A stretch of 64,000 nt of DNA, taken from Octopus bimaculoides (lineage: Eukaryota). Each line of letters starts with the position of its first letter. Position 1 is the first letter of the stretch. Location of the stretch: NCBI RefSeq assembly GCF_001194135.2, contig NC_068983.1:84453147-84517146 (forward strand), in the 5' to 3' direction. Positions 52,207 to 64,000 of this stretch are shown one piece after another. Under the pieces are notes generated by a model. The model worked only from the letters and a program-made list of their open reading frames with translations, made no database searches and was not told where the DNA came from. A program made the translations under genes and the position numbers.

Positions 52207-54037
52207 TAGATGTCTTTAATAAAATCAGTTATTTTTACATGTATATATGTGTGCACATGCATGCATGTATAACTAATTTCCAATATTTTTTAAAAAGCAA
52301 AAATCATTCAATGTTTGTTTATAAGCTTTTTGTTCAAAATGTTTCATTTGAATGCAATGTTATGGTGAAGAAGAAACTAGTCATATATTAGATGATAAAA
52401 TGTTTTGATAAATGATTGAGAACAGATAGATGAGTAAAATGGTAATTTAACTGTTCAATGAAGATTTAATGTTAGCATGTCTCTTGACATTTTAGACAAC
52501 ATTGCTCTTCAAAACTTTGTCATGTTAATTGTTCTGAAAACTAAATGTCACATCAACAAACATTTTAAAAGTTATTTCCTACACTTATGTTAATTCACTT
52601 GACATTTTACAATATGTATTGTATATTATTTTGTTGATATCTTCTAACTATTGTTACTATGTCATCAAAATATTAACACTACATTTAAATATTTATTTGG
52701 AAAATAGCTTTGAAAATCTGAGTCAAAGTTCAATAATTTTTGAAATTGTGAACTCCATTGTAGATAATTCAATATTGAAATTAATTTTTTTTCATGTATG
52801 TCAGTGATCTAAATTCATGATGATGATGAAAGCTTTTAAGTTCAGTTTTTCCTCATTTGCATCAGTTAGAAAGGTTTTTCAAAATGATCACTGTTCAGTT
52901 GCTATTGTTCTTAACTGTTCTTTCTGTTAACCCATTTGTTACTATATTCCTATTGAAACAGACTGCCTTTGTTTCAATTATTTTTGATAATAACGAAGAA
53001 TTTGCTAAAATAACTTTGTCATTATTATGCTGATGTTTGGAACATGAATTAACATGAGATTTTGCTGGAAGGTTTTAATTTCGATCACTTTAAAACATGA
53101 AGTTTGTATTATAGAATCATAGATGGCTTCAAGTGGGTTGGTATCAAAAGGGTTCACTCCAGTTTCCATATTTCACTTCTCCAGCTTACTTTTATGTTTT
53201 TTTATGTTGCTTGTTTTATGTGCTGTTTCACTTTTGAGATATTCATTGCACTCTAGACATATTCATCACAATCAGCCTTTATACTCATCATTTTAGATCA
53301 ATAATAAGACACTCTCAGTTGCCTTGAGTGTAATATTGCATCAGTTCTTTTGAATTTTTTTTAAAGAAATGAAAACACTGAAGGGAGTTATATTAAATTG
53401 GGCTATCAAATCTACTAGTATTTCATTTAATATTTTGGCAATACATTCAATTCTGTGTCTCATTTCATCTAGCTATATCAAATAATATTATATACAATAA
53501 ATAAGTAGTGATCATTTTGGATTTTGAGGGAAAAAATATGCAATAGTGTATATGTATGAATTTTTATACATAGTGAAATTTAGAGAGCATGGTGATTTAA
53601 CTTACTGAAACTAGCAATGAGACTCCCATCTAGGTCTATATGTTCATTCTAAATTATAGCCTTGCTAGTGCTCAAGAGTAAGATTAAAATTACTTCCCTA
53701 AATGTCTGAGATGAGTTTTGTTAATCGGATTATAATTTTTCAGATTACTAAGCCTTGATTTTAGAGATAAATTTCTAAAAAATATTTACATCATATCTAC
53801 ACTCCTTTTTGATCAATTTGTTTTCTGATCTTCATCAGGTGTTTTACTCCTTTAAGTGAGCAAAGTACCAGACTGAATTTAAACAGGAACCTTTATTTCT
53901 AAACTACATACATCAGTGACCTAGTGGATAAGTATATCATTTTTGATGTAGAAAAACAGGTTCTTCAGTCAGAGTTAGTTTGTCACTATGTACACATGCA
54001 AGAATAAGATCACCAAACTGATCAGAACATTGTGTAG

Positions 54038-54960
54038 ATCGTCATCGTTTAATGTTTGCGTTCCATGCTGGCATAGGTTGGGCAGTTTGACATGGAGCTG
54101 GCCAGACTCCAATTGTCTGTTGTTGCATGGTTTCTATGGCTGGATGCCCTTCCTAATTCCAACCACTTTACAGAGTGTGCTGGGTGCTTTTTACGTGCCA
54201 CCAGCACAGGTGCATTTACACAGCACTAGCATGGGTGCATTTATGCAGCACCGGCATAGGTGTGGTTATGCAGCACCAGTACAGGTACTTTTTATGTGGC
54301 ACAAGCTCCTGAAAGGACAAGCCTGTATGCGTGGAAGATAGCAATTTTACTTAGTTTGATGCATCTTATCAAGTAGAGCAAATTGTCACATCTCCCGATC
54401 TTTTGTCATTTCCTCAGTGAGGTCCAGGGTTTGAAGATCCTCCATGCCTTCCTGGGTCTACCCCTTCTACAGGTACCTTGCACAATTAGAGCTCAGTACT
54501 TCTTTATGCAGCTGTTCTCATCCATATGCATCACAAGACTAAACCAGAACAGTCCTCTCTCTTGCACACAACATCTGATACCTCTTATACCCAGTTTTCC
54601 TCTTAAATCATTTACACTCTGTTGTGTATGCATAGGCATTACCCATCCAGTAGAGCATGCTAGCTTAATTTCTTTCAAGCCTATGCAAGTCCTCTGTAGT
54701 CAAAGCCTATGTTTCACTGGTATGTAACATAGCATCATGCAATTTGCTTTTCATTCTGAGGGAGAGGCCCTTAGTTACCAACAAAGGTAGAAACTCTCTG
54801 AACTTCACCCAGCCTGTTCTTATTCGAGAAACTACACTTTCAGAACTTCATCCACCACTACTAACTTGATCTCTTAGGTAACAGAAGCTATCTACCACTT
54901 CTAACGACCCCCTTGAGCATTTAAGGGAGTCTATTGCCGGCACATTTTTAGTGTTTATTG
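54038..54960 (-). mobile_element. RTE LINE 3' portion (ORF C-terminus, 3' UTR, tail)
   Basis: LRGKLGIRGIRCCVQER.L.WF..VMHMDENSC and GTCRRGRPRK are contiguous with the GAT-tailed repeat, linking that repeat family to RTE. Confidence 0.82.
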
Positions 54961-55560
54961 TCCCTGCACATTTGCTGAGTTTAATATTCCAAAAAAGTAT
55001 AATCTAAATACTTTCTTACATGTATTTTGAATCTCTTTGTTTCCTTCAGAGGATATTCATAAATTCATCAGCCATCAGGCAAGTAATTGATTTGATGATA
55101 ATTTCCCAAAACAGAACTGACCAATGATAAATGTTCAAACAGAAGTTAGATTTGTTATTGATGATGCTGTGTAATTCCAAGTTGTTTTTATTTGAGCAAA
55201 CCTATGGTACATAAACAGTTGGTTGAACAATTGTGTAGTTCACTGATAAATAGCTTTGGATATATCATCCCTCCATAATAAGGTAAAGTTTGAGGGAGAT
55301 TTGGCTAATGACTGCTTATAAACTTTCTTGTTGGCTCAGATGAGATTGGTGTGAAATATGGAACTGGAGATATATTATATTCTAACCATTTTTTATTTAA
55401 GAATGAGCATTAGAAAAGGGATATAATTCAGGAGGTTGACTATGTAGTTAATGAAATTTAACTAAATGTCATGGTAGTTATTATTAAGAACTAATTAAGA
55501 CCGAGCCTCTGAGTTACTGAATAAAATAACCAAAAATAAGGAAAGAATGACAGAAGGTCC

Positions 55561-55722
55561 TATCAACCCATGTAACATATAAAAGTGACAATAATTTAAA
55601 TCCAGTATTGATAATTCTTTCAATCCATTTAATATATAAAAGTGACAATAATTTAAATCCAGTATTGATAATTCTATCAATCCATTTAACATATAAAAGT
55701 GACAATAATTTAAATCTAGTAT
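55561..55722. repeat. 57-bp minisatellite, ~3 copies
   Basis: Units start at 55561, 55618 and 55675; mirrored by a 19-aa periodicity in the spurious ORFs. Confidence 0.9.
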
Positions 55723-55981
55723 CAGTACAGACTTAAGAGTACAAACTTAAAATTATGATATGAAATATTTAATCCCTTTTTTGTCTGAAATGAGGTTACA
55801 ATTGGTAACAACTGAATGTCTTCTCTTATTCTTGTAATTTTATGTTGATCTCTTTTTAATTTGTCGTTTAGTTATGTCACAATATTCACTACATGACACT
55901 CTATTCATTTGAATTCATTTTGGAAATAGTCCATATTCACTTGCATGTTACATTTATTGAATGTTGTTGTCTCCTCTCTAG

Positions 55982-56137
55982 GATGCACTTACTGATTTAA
56001 CAGCAAATACTGAAAAGATGTTTGAGACAGGAGATCCTGAGTTTTCCTGTCACAAAGGTATCTTGCAAGCAGCACGTTACATTCGTGATGAACTTGAATT
56101 TCATTCTCTCATAGAAAGAGGCTTTCAGAAAACAGGT
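55982..56137 (+). CDS. DAGLB: DAGL exon 8 (DALTDLTANTE...CHKGILQAARYI...FQKTG)
   Basis: ctctctag acceptor, 156 nt, GGT|gtaagt donor gives phase 0, matching exon 9. Confidence 0.94.
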
Positions 56138-56695
56138 GTAAGTTTCTTCTCATTATGTTTTTTTTTTTTACCTGCAAATATATATGTTTGTGCTTAGTTT
56201 GGTATTTTACTGATCAGGGATTATGGGCCATGTATATTGTCTTATCACTTTCATTTCTGCTAGTAGCACACAATCTATTGTTTTATCACATATTTGCATA
56301 TATGTATGGCATATCCTTTGTATAGACATATATACAGAAATACATTTACTTTCCCTTTTTTTTTTACAAGAAGAAGAGAAAATATTGCATTAAGTCAAGG
56401 ATTAAAGTCTAAAGAAGAAAAATTCATATTTTTCTTAAAAGTTTATTTACTACAGCCTTTCCGCCATCTTCAGATGTGTTTCTGAATGTTGCCGATGTTA
56501 ATGTAACTTTGTGAGTAATCTCCCTTAACTTAATAAGGAATTTCTACTTCCACTAATATTTGGTTCATTGGAGCAATATTTTAACTGCTTCATAGTTTGA
56601 GATAGAAGATAAAACTATGATAAATGTTCAATGTCATATAGATACATTAGAATATAACTAATATTAATTTGTGATTTATTTGCTATTTGTTTCAG

Positions 56696-56823
56696 AACCA
56701 GAAGATTGTTGTCACTGGACATAGCTTAGGAGCTGGTACAGCTGCCATTCTTGCTATTCTCTTGAAAGAAAAATATAACGATGTCTACTGCTTTGCTTAT
56801 GCTCCACCTGGTGGCCTTTTGTG
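56696..56823 (+). CDS. DAGLB: DAGL exon 9 with catalytic Ser (IVVTGHSLGAG...FAYAPPGGLL)
   Basis: tttcag acceptor, GxSxG motif. Donor TG|gtttgt chosen because it preserves the length of the GGLL-to-YSxEF segment; an in-frame alternative GT lies 3 nt upstream. Confidence 0.94.
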
Positions 56824-58405
56824 GTTTGTATTGAAATATTCTTTACATTCCTTATTATTTTTTTTCCTACACATTTCTTTTTTTTTTGTAAAGTATTTAA
56901 AATAATTTTCATGAAGACACTTATTGAAATGAAGACAAGTGAGGATCTGTTTTGATATTAGAAAATATTCTCAGCTAATGATATGGGGTAACTGAGTTAA
57001 TGTAATTAATATGCAGTTTGAAATGTTAAGGGTTAATTGTCAGGAACCAAATATGGTGAGTTTTAGAAAGTGCAGTTAGTGGAAGGCAGATATTGGATAA
57101 CCTATTAAGTATGATGGAGGAGGTATTGAAAGGACAAGACACTGTGGGAATTATGAGAAGGGAAAGTATGTCTGTCAAGTATGTCTATCAAATAAGGTAG
57201 ATATACTTTTCTAGATGTGAACAGTATTCTTGTATAGGAGGTATTTCTAATATGTAAGTAAGGTTCACAGCTTTCAAGGCTGAAGCATTTTCTATTTTAG
57301 AAAAGCCACAGGGATGCTCATGCCTTCACTAGTCATATGTTCAAATGTTCAGAATAATGTTAGATATGGCTAGGTGGGCTGTTCAAAGTTCACAATTGTA
57401 TTACATGAGTATGATGTCTATTGGCATTATGGTGATTCTCTTTCATTTTGGCCAAATTATTGGAAGTGTTTTTATATTGTTACAAAATATTGTGATATTT
57501 TATATTGTTTTCATATTATTACAAAATATTGTATTATTACAAAATATTCTTGTCTTAGTTGGTGACTAAGTTGCTCAAGTAAGCCATTGAAATAAATGAA
57601 GAACAATTAATGCATGTGAGGAAATGTATTTAAAATATATTGTGGATTCCATTCCAAAACCGAATGAATATTTTTCTCCATTTTAAGAGAGTATTTAAAG
57701 GAGATTAGATTGCTATTTCTGGAAAGGTAAGCAATAGCATAGCTATAACAGGCTGAAAAGTCTATATTTAATTGTAGAATATGCCAGGGTTCCGTTTACA
57801 TAAGTTGTATATATTTATTTCGTTAGCCCATCCATTTATCAGCAGAATATTTATGATAGTTTAGTAGAAAGTGGGTTATACATCTTTAGATTGTATACCT
57901 GACTTTCTACTAAAAAATTAAAGAAATTGACGGAACGCTGAACTCCAGACTAAACAACTTAAACAACATTTATTTACTTGGTAAAACATACATATCTTTA
58001 GTTATACATCTTTAGAGGTGAGAATAACGAGCCGTCGAGTATAAGACCGAAAGATGTAGGGACAGCTTTTAAACACACGTCCATGCTCAATCGCTGGCCA
58101 GCGAGAAAGAGAATGAATTGAGCGGGAAACGCTTGCTTGTTTAATTTTACGCATGCGTAAGACTACGCATGCGCAGGCGTTACTACAATAGCTACTCTAT
58201 TGCTTGACCTATGAGTTATTCCCCATAGTCAAATATTTACCCTTATTCACTAATTAATCTGTCAGCCTTACTATTAATTAGTTTAATAATTTACGGTTTA
58301 TCTTAAGATATAATTTTCCTTGGTATTGCTGAATTAATTAGTCTGTTCTCTGAAAGGAGCATCAGTGTATTTGTTTTAATTCCAATATCTCATTTTATTC
58401 TTCAG

Positions 58406-58547
58406 TTGTGCAGCCAGTGACTACAGCCAAGAATTTACCTGCTCTGTTGTTCTAGGTGATGATCTTATTCCTAGATTGGGATTATGTAATATTGAAAAAC
58501 TGAAGACTGATGTGGTGGCAGCTGTCAATGCATGTGATTTACCAAAG
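58406..58547 (+). CDS. DAGLB: DAGL exon 10 with catalytic Asp (YSQEFTCSVVLGDDLIPRLG...CDLPK)
   Basis: ttcttcag acceptor, 142 nt, AAG|gtaaca donor; VLG-x-D-x-IPR motif. Confidence 0.94.
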
Positions 58548-58699
58548 GTAACAAGGAGATACTCTTTTTCTTTAACTAATGATCTCTTGATAATCATTAA
58601 AGCAATAACAGAGAATTGGACAGTTTATGAATAACATTGTAGAATGTAGATATTTTAGAAATTAAAAAAAAACATTATTCTGAAATATTCTTTTCTTTA

Positions 58700-58924
58700 T
58701 AAAGAATAAAAAGTTTAGAATGGTACAACAATGCACTATTGAACAAAAAATGGACTATATACTTGTTGTAATTTGGTTATCTATAGTCCAGCTAAGAAGA
58801 TCAGAAGAAGGAATTGTAATTCCGAAATATCATCGGACTATAGATAATCAAATTACAACAGGTATATAGTCCATTTTTTGTTCTATAGTGCATTGTTGCA
58901 CCATTCTAAACTTTTTATTCTTTA
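58700..58924. mobile_element. Short MITE hairpin (~90-bp arms), related to the 49970-50479 MITE
   Basis: 58700-58789 versus 58835-58924 reverse complement; shares gaagaaggaatt-tc-gaaatat, gactat-gataat-aaatta and tgcattgttg--ccattc with the larger MITE. Confidence 0.85.
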
Positions 58925-61900
58925 CAAACAATACACAATGCTTCAAGCAAACTACAATACCCTCCCATTCTTTTCTTTAATTTATTCCTGTTGAGGGTGA
59001 CTTTGTCTTTTCTTCGTCTAGAGTTGATAAAATAAGTACCAGTTAAGAAGTGAGATATATTTAATCAACTACTTCCACCATCACTAATTCTTTTGTCTCA
59101 ATGTAAGAAATGAGTATTATCACCTTCATCCACTTTGTTCTAATATTGGCCTCTTTAAGGAACAAAATCCTCCCTTCACCTATAACAACAATTTTCATCT
59201 TGACTATGAGGTCTGCTACTTTCACTGGTGATGATGATATGGTAATGAATTGTGCTGTTTTGTGTAGTACCTTTCCAAAGTTTTGAGTTCAAATTCTGCT
59301 TTTCATCCTTCTCAGGTAAATTCCATGATCAAGTATTGGGATTGATTTTATATTCCTGTAAAGTATCCTAGAGCAGAATGGAATTATAATAAATGTATAG
59401 TGTAGTTAACCTTTATCAATGCATGTGTTGCAAATGTTGAAAGATGGGGTGCAAGTGAGCTGAGAGAGCAGCTGTATTGAAGGTATTATCTAACAATATG
59501 TTCTGGAGACACAGCTGTGCTAGTAAAAGACATCTGAGTGAATGGATGTTAAGTTCTGGGTGAAATAAGTGCCATGTGCTTTCCTGATTTTCATTCTATG
59601 GCAGAGGAAGCTCTAGAAAGATGTGGGAACAATGGTGAAGTCACTTCTCTTGGACAAGATGACAGTAGATTGATAAATAATAACAGTATGTTGTTGGACT
59701 GTCCAGTCCATAATAGCATGGGAAAATAGATATTGAAACAATATGATGTATGTTGAAGAATTAAGAATACTGTTGACTTCTTTTTCTTAATAGAATACTT
59801 GGTCATCACTTGATGTAAAACTGTCTGTAATTTAGGCACAACACCAGCTGTTTTGAGGCGAGAGAGTTAGTTGAAACTATCAATACCAGCACTTGACTGG
59901 TACTTTATTTTATTAACCTAGGAAGGATGGAAAGCTAAATTAGCCATGGTAGGATTTGAACTTGGAAGATAAAAGGCTGGAACAAATACTGCAAAGCATA
60001 TTTCCTAACCCTCTAATAATTCTCCCATCTCTGTTGTGTTAATATTCTTTACAACCTTATGAAGGCAATATGATTGAGGTATCAGCATTACTATTGACTG
60101 TGATTCTGGCAGCAGTTACAAAAATTTGTAACATTGCACCTTTTTATATGTGTCAATAAACTTAATCTTATACTTCTTTCCTGGTGTACTTTTACATTGT
60201 GTACTTTCAACTATCATCTTAATATTTCTTCATCTGACAATACAGTACAATACCAGTACAGTTATCTCTCTTGTATTCATTAATTGAAAGCATTTGCACC
60301 ATTAATTTTTGGATTCAGACGTCATATAGCCTGCTCTATTAACATAGAGTGTAATTTTGTTATCAGCAAGGACAGCATTTTCCTAAAAGTCTTGTATTTC
60401 ATGATAAACTCTAACCATAATACTCTCATCACTACTGCCTCCAAGAGTTTTGTCACTTCAGTAACAAAACTCATCTACGATTTCTGCAAAACATCCAAAT
60501 AGTCAGTGTTTGTTTTTATATTGTCTACATATTGTTTAGGTTATTGACGTAATTACTTACCATTTGAGATGATCCAACAAAAGAGACTTTATGCTGTCAC
60601 ATGTCCTGTTAATAGTAGACTATTACTTTTATTGTCTTAGAAAATGACAAAGCAAGTAGTATGGTTCTGGGTTCCCTGCATATAGGGAAAAAAATGTGGT
60701 TGTCATGGCTGGAACATCTTTGATCATAAGTTTTTTTTGATCAGGGATGGCCTAACAACAAACAGCAACTTCATTGAGGATTTAAAAGTTGTTTCACATA
60801 CTAAACTTGTTTTTTTTTTTTATTAAAGTTCTTTGTGTTTCCTATACAATAGCTATGTCTGAAATAGATGTGAAATAGTAACATCTGAAATCATTTTAAG
60901 ATTTTGGGTTACATTTCTTCATTTCAATGTATTAATGGTAGTGGTTGTTCAGTAACTCTAGCTCAATGTTCTTTTCTAAGATGGTAAGGTATGAGTTAAG
61001 GGATATCTGGCTGCTATTTTTAGCAGGACAAGCAACTACATAAAGGCTTTCTTGCTGGTTAATGGTTTTATTAATAACCTAAACAGTATGTGGACAATGA
61101 AAGGAAAGTAACCAATAGGTCTAGCTCTCTGGACACACTGATATAGAATGTTTGACATGTCAGTTTAGATTAAGCTTCATCTAATAGATGTTATAGTCAT
61201 GGTCATCAATCTTAATAGTGTCTTTGCCGTTGTTGAGGCTTAGAACATATGGTTCCCATTTTTAATGACAGTAACAAGTTTGACAAAAAATGTAAATTTA
61301 GAACTGATTATAATGATATCCTGTGACTTGTAAGGGTAAAGACCCTCTCCAGTCATGAATGACCATGGGATTGCACTTAGAAAGTTACCCTCTGAGGCAT
61401 AAGTTCAGGCAAGGTTGTTTACAGAAGACCAGCAGTCGCCCATGCATATCAGCTTCCTCTCTCCATGGCACCAATGTTATCCAAAGGAAAGGCAAAGGCT
61501 GATACAGCTTGGCACCAGTAACGTCGCAACTCATTTCTACAACTGAGTAAAGTGGAGCAACATGAAATAAAGTATCTTGCTCAATAACAACACACAGCCT
61601 GGTCCAGGAATCAAACTCACTATCTCATGATTGTGATCCTAATGCTCTAACTACTGAGCAACATGCCTTCAGGGCAAGCATTATTCTGTGATTGGGCACC
61701 ACACAATATTTTGGTGTCCATTTTGGATGAAAATAAAATAAAATGGAAGTAAAACAAAATTGGCTAAATTTAATATAGCCAGCTCTTTTTGTTCATTTTG
61801 TTCCATGAAATGCATGGTGTTATAACATTTGTGGCAGCCATTTGTAATCGTATAAGGATGATCAAAACTGTCAAAAGTTAGCATACATCAGTAATTTGAG

Positions 61901-62131
61901 TATTTAGTGGCAGTGAGAAATTTAAATGCATTTTTAATAGTTTTTAGAAATTATTTTCTTTAGTAATTGCTTAATTATATTCATTGCATAACACTGAGAA
62001 TAATGTAAAATAAAGTGTGCATTTTCTCATTCTGCTACAGTTTCCAGTATAATTCTGTAATAATTTTATTAAGCTACTGTTAAAACATTATAGTAACACC
62101 TAATATTTACATTTATCTTATTATTTTTCAG

Positions 62132-62355
62132 TATAAAATCTTCCTGAGTGGTTTCTGGAAAGTATTATGTGGCTTGAATATGAACCATCGTGAACAGGAT
62201 TTCAATGTTGAGGAACCACAACATAATTTGGTAGATGCCAGTTCTAGCAGTTCATCTGGTCATTACGGTAGTATTGGAGATTCTGTCACACCAGAGAAAC
62301 AACTTTATCCACCAGGACTTATTTTGCATATTGTTGAAGAGCAAAGTTCTACTGG
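62132..62355 (+). CDS. DAGLB: DAGL exon 11 (YKIFLSGFW...LYPPGLILHIVEE...)
   Basis: atttttcag acceptor, 224 nt, GG|gtaaga donor; LYPPG-x-I-x-H motif. No further exon recognised before 64000. Confidence 0.93.
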
Positions 62356-63214
62356 GTAAGAAGATATTTTTGATTTCTTAATATTTATACACAGGCATGG
62401 CTGTGTGGTTAATATATGTCACCGGCATCATTGAGGTAAAGAAAAAATTTTCAATGACACCGCAAATAGCAATTAGTTTAATCATGTCATCTGTATTAAT
62501 TAATGCAATTATATCATGTAAACACAGTGCTGTAATATCTGAGATGAGAACCAGAATCATAGTAGTTTGCATTGACAGGAATTTCTTAGTTTTTAAGCCT
62601 TCTCAAAGAATCATTCAACTACGGTAGTAGTTGAATAATATTCTTAAGGCCACAATTTACTCACACACAGCATCTTTCAGAGCTTTGTTGCAAATTCAGT
62701 TCTTAACCAAATTGAAAACTGTTAATGTTAAGTAATGCCTCCAGTCAAGTTTAGATCTAAATAACTTTTTTTTATTTTAAAAGCAAAATATATTTATCTT
62801 AGCTTAAATGATAGAAGAAAGCATGAAGAATTTCATAGTTTTGGTCCCATGCAACAAAAATTTGTACCAAAAAAGTTGTAAGGTAAAATATCATGAAAAA
62901 AATATAAGTAAGGCAAAAAATTGGATTTAAGTATAATTAACTTTTTATTTTAAAGACAAACTTTATTTTAATTAAGCATAAATGATAGACAATTTTCAAT
63001 TAGGTAAAATCTTAAATTATCAATTAACATATTATTAATTAGCTTAATAGCATAGCCTGGAAAAAACATGGATTACATGGAAAAATGCAAGCAAGAGAAA
63101 TAATATTCTTAAGATTATAAACATAGAAAAGTACAGGACAAGTTATTACACTTGGGAAAAGTTCAGGACAACATATTACATCTGGTAAAGTACAGAACAA
63201 GAAAATTTTTACTT

Positions 63215-63588
63215 TGTGTGGTAAGTAGCTTGCCTACCAGCCACATGGTTCCAAGTTCAGTCCCACTGTATGGTACCTTGGGCAAGTGTCTTCTACTATA
63301 GCCTCAGGCTGACCAAAGTCTTGTGAGTGGATTTGGCAGATGGAGACTGAAAGAAGCCCAACGTATATTTATATATATATATATAGATGTGTATGTTTGT
63401 GTGTTTGTCTCCCCTACCAGACAACTGATGTTGGTGTGTTTATGTCCCTGTAACTTAGTGGTTCAGCAAAAGAGAACGATAGAATAAGTACTAAGCTTAC
63501 AAAGAATAAGTCCTGGGGTCAATTCATTCGACTAAAGGCAGTGCTCCAGCATGACCGCAGTCAAATGACTGAAACAAATAAAAAAAAA
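63215..63588 (+). mobile_element. tRNA-derived SINE with central TA/TG microsatellite and 3' body
   Basis: gtgtggtaagtagcttgc head, agcaaaagagaacgatagaataagtact body, tgaaacaaataaaaaa tail. Confidence 0.85.
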
Positions 63589-64000
63589 CTTCATAATTGA
63601 AGAAGGTACCATCATTTTGTTAAAGTATTGACACATGAGAATACTTAAAACATGAGAGCTAGAAGTAGGCAAATTCATTATGTAAAAAATAGGCATTGGG
63701 TCAAGACTAAAAATATGAAGACTTGGCAATAACTTAGGCAACAACTCAAGCAAATATTATTGTGAATTTGTTGTTATAGGTAAATTTTACTGTAAAATAT
63801 AACTCATTTTTGTATTATTCTGTTTATTGTACTAACTAATTATGTACTACTATTATATTTTATAACCTATTTTCAAATTTCTAATTATTAATTAATAATT
63901 AAAAAAAATAAATTTTTTAAAGTGCAAAAAATATTTTAAGTTATTTTCTATTTTTGCTAGAAGTAACAAATAATAACAAATAGAAGTAATAACTTGGAAT

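Larger units (their letters stand above)
22164..62355 (+). other. DAGLB: Diacylglycerol lipase gene (DAGL, beta-like), 11 coding exons visible, 3' end beyond the window
   Basis: Eleven GT-AG exons join in consistent phase into one 1877-nt frame. It has the DAGL N-terminus ([17 protein letters not shown]), four hydrophobic TM segments, DLVPTDIAAGL, YGWPLY, VRGTLS-DALTDL, HKG, the GHSLG nucleophile elbow, GDDLIPR and LYPPG. The alpha/beta assignment is by motif resemblance (HKGILQAARY, YKIFLSGFW are beta-like) and needs phylogeny. Confidence 0.93.

Noticed and set aside
53815-53845. - strand CUGAUGA-AGAUCA-GAAA
   Set aside because: The six intervening nt cannot form stem II, and there is no stem I or III complement.
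55561-55722. CRISPR-like array (also the RTE 3' UTR modules)
   Set aside because: Head-to-tail repeats with no unique spacers, eukaryotic context, and no cas genes.
56445-56480. - strand CUGAAGA-UGGC-GGAAAG-GCUG hammerhead-like start
   Set aside because: The GAAA core after stem II is absent.

Overview
AT-rich, repeat-dense eukaryotic genomic DNA with several N gaps; the repeat content looks octopus/cephalopod-like (inference, not verified). The one well-supported gene is a + strand diacylglycerol lipase (DAGL, beta-like). I assembled it by hand from 11 phase-consistent GT-AG coding exons between 22164 and 62355 (1877 nt, 625 codons + 2 nt). It runs off the window before the catalytic-His exon. 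The rest is mostly tRNA-derived SINEs, 5'-truncated RTE-clade LINEs with a variable minisatellite in the 3' UTR, two decayed D34D mariners, an internally deleted DD37D (maT-type) element, MITEs and microsatellites. The most unusual signal is three hammerhead-ribozyme-like motifs in three different repeats. The first is a complete type I hammerhead (38654-38708, - strand) inside a 347-bp monomer with a 50-bp terminal direct repeat (retrozyme/Penelope pLTR-like). The second is a minimal hammerhead in a tRNA-headed SINE bracketed by a perfect 51-bp inverted repeat (42247-42554). The third is a decayed one with a long stem II (~19200-19312). Several long fold-back structures also lie close to DAGL exons.
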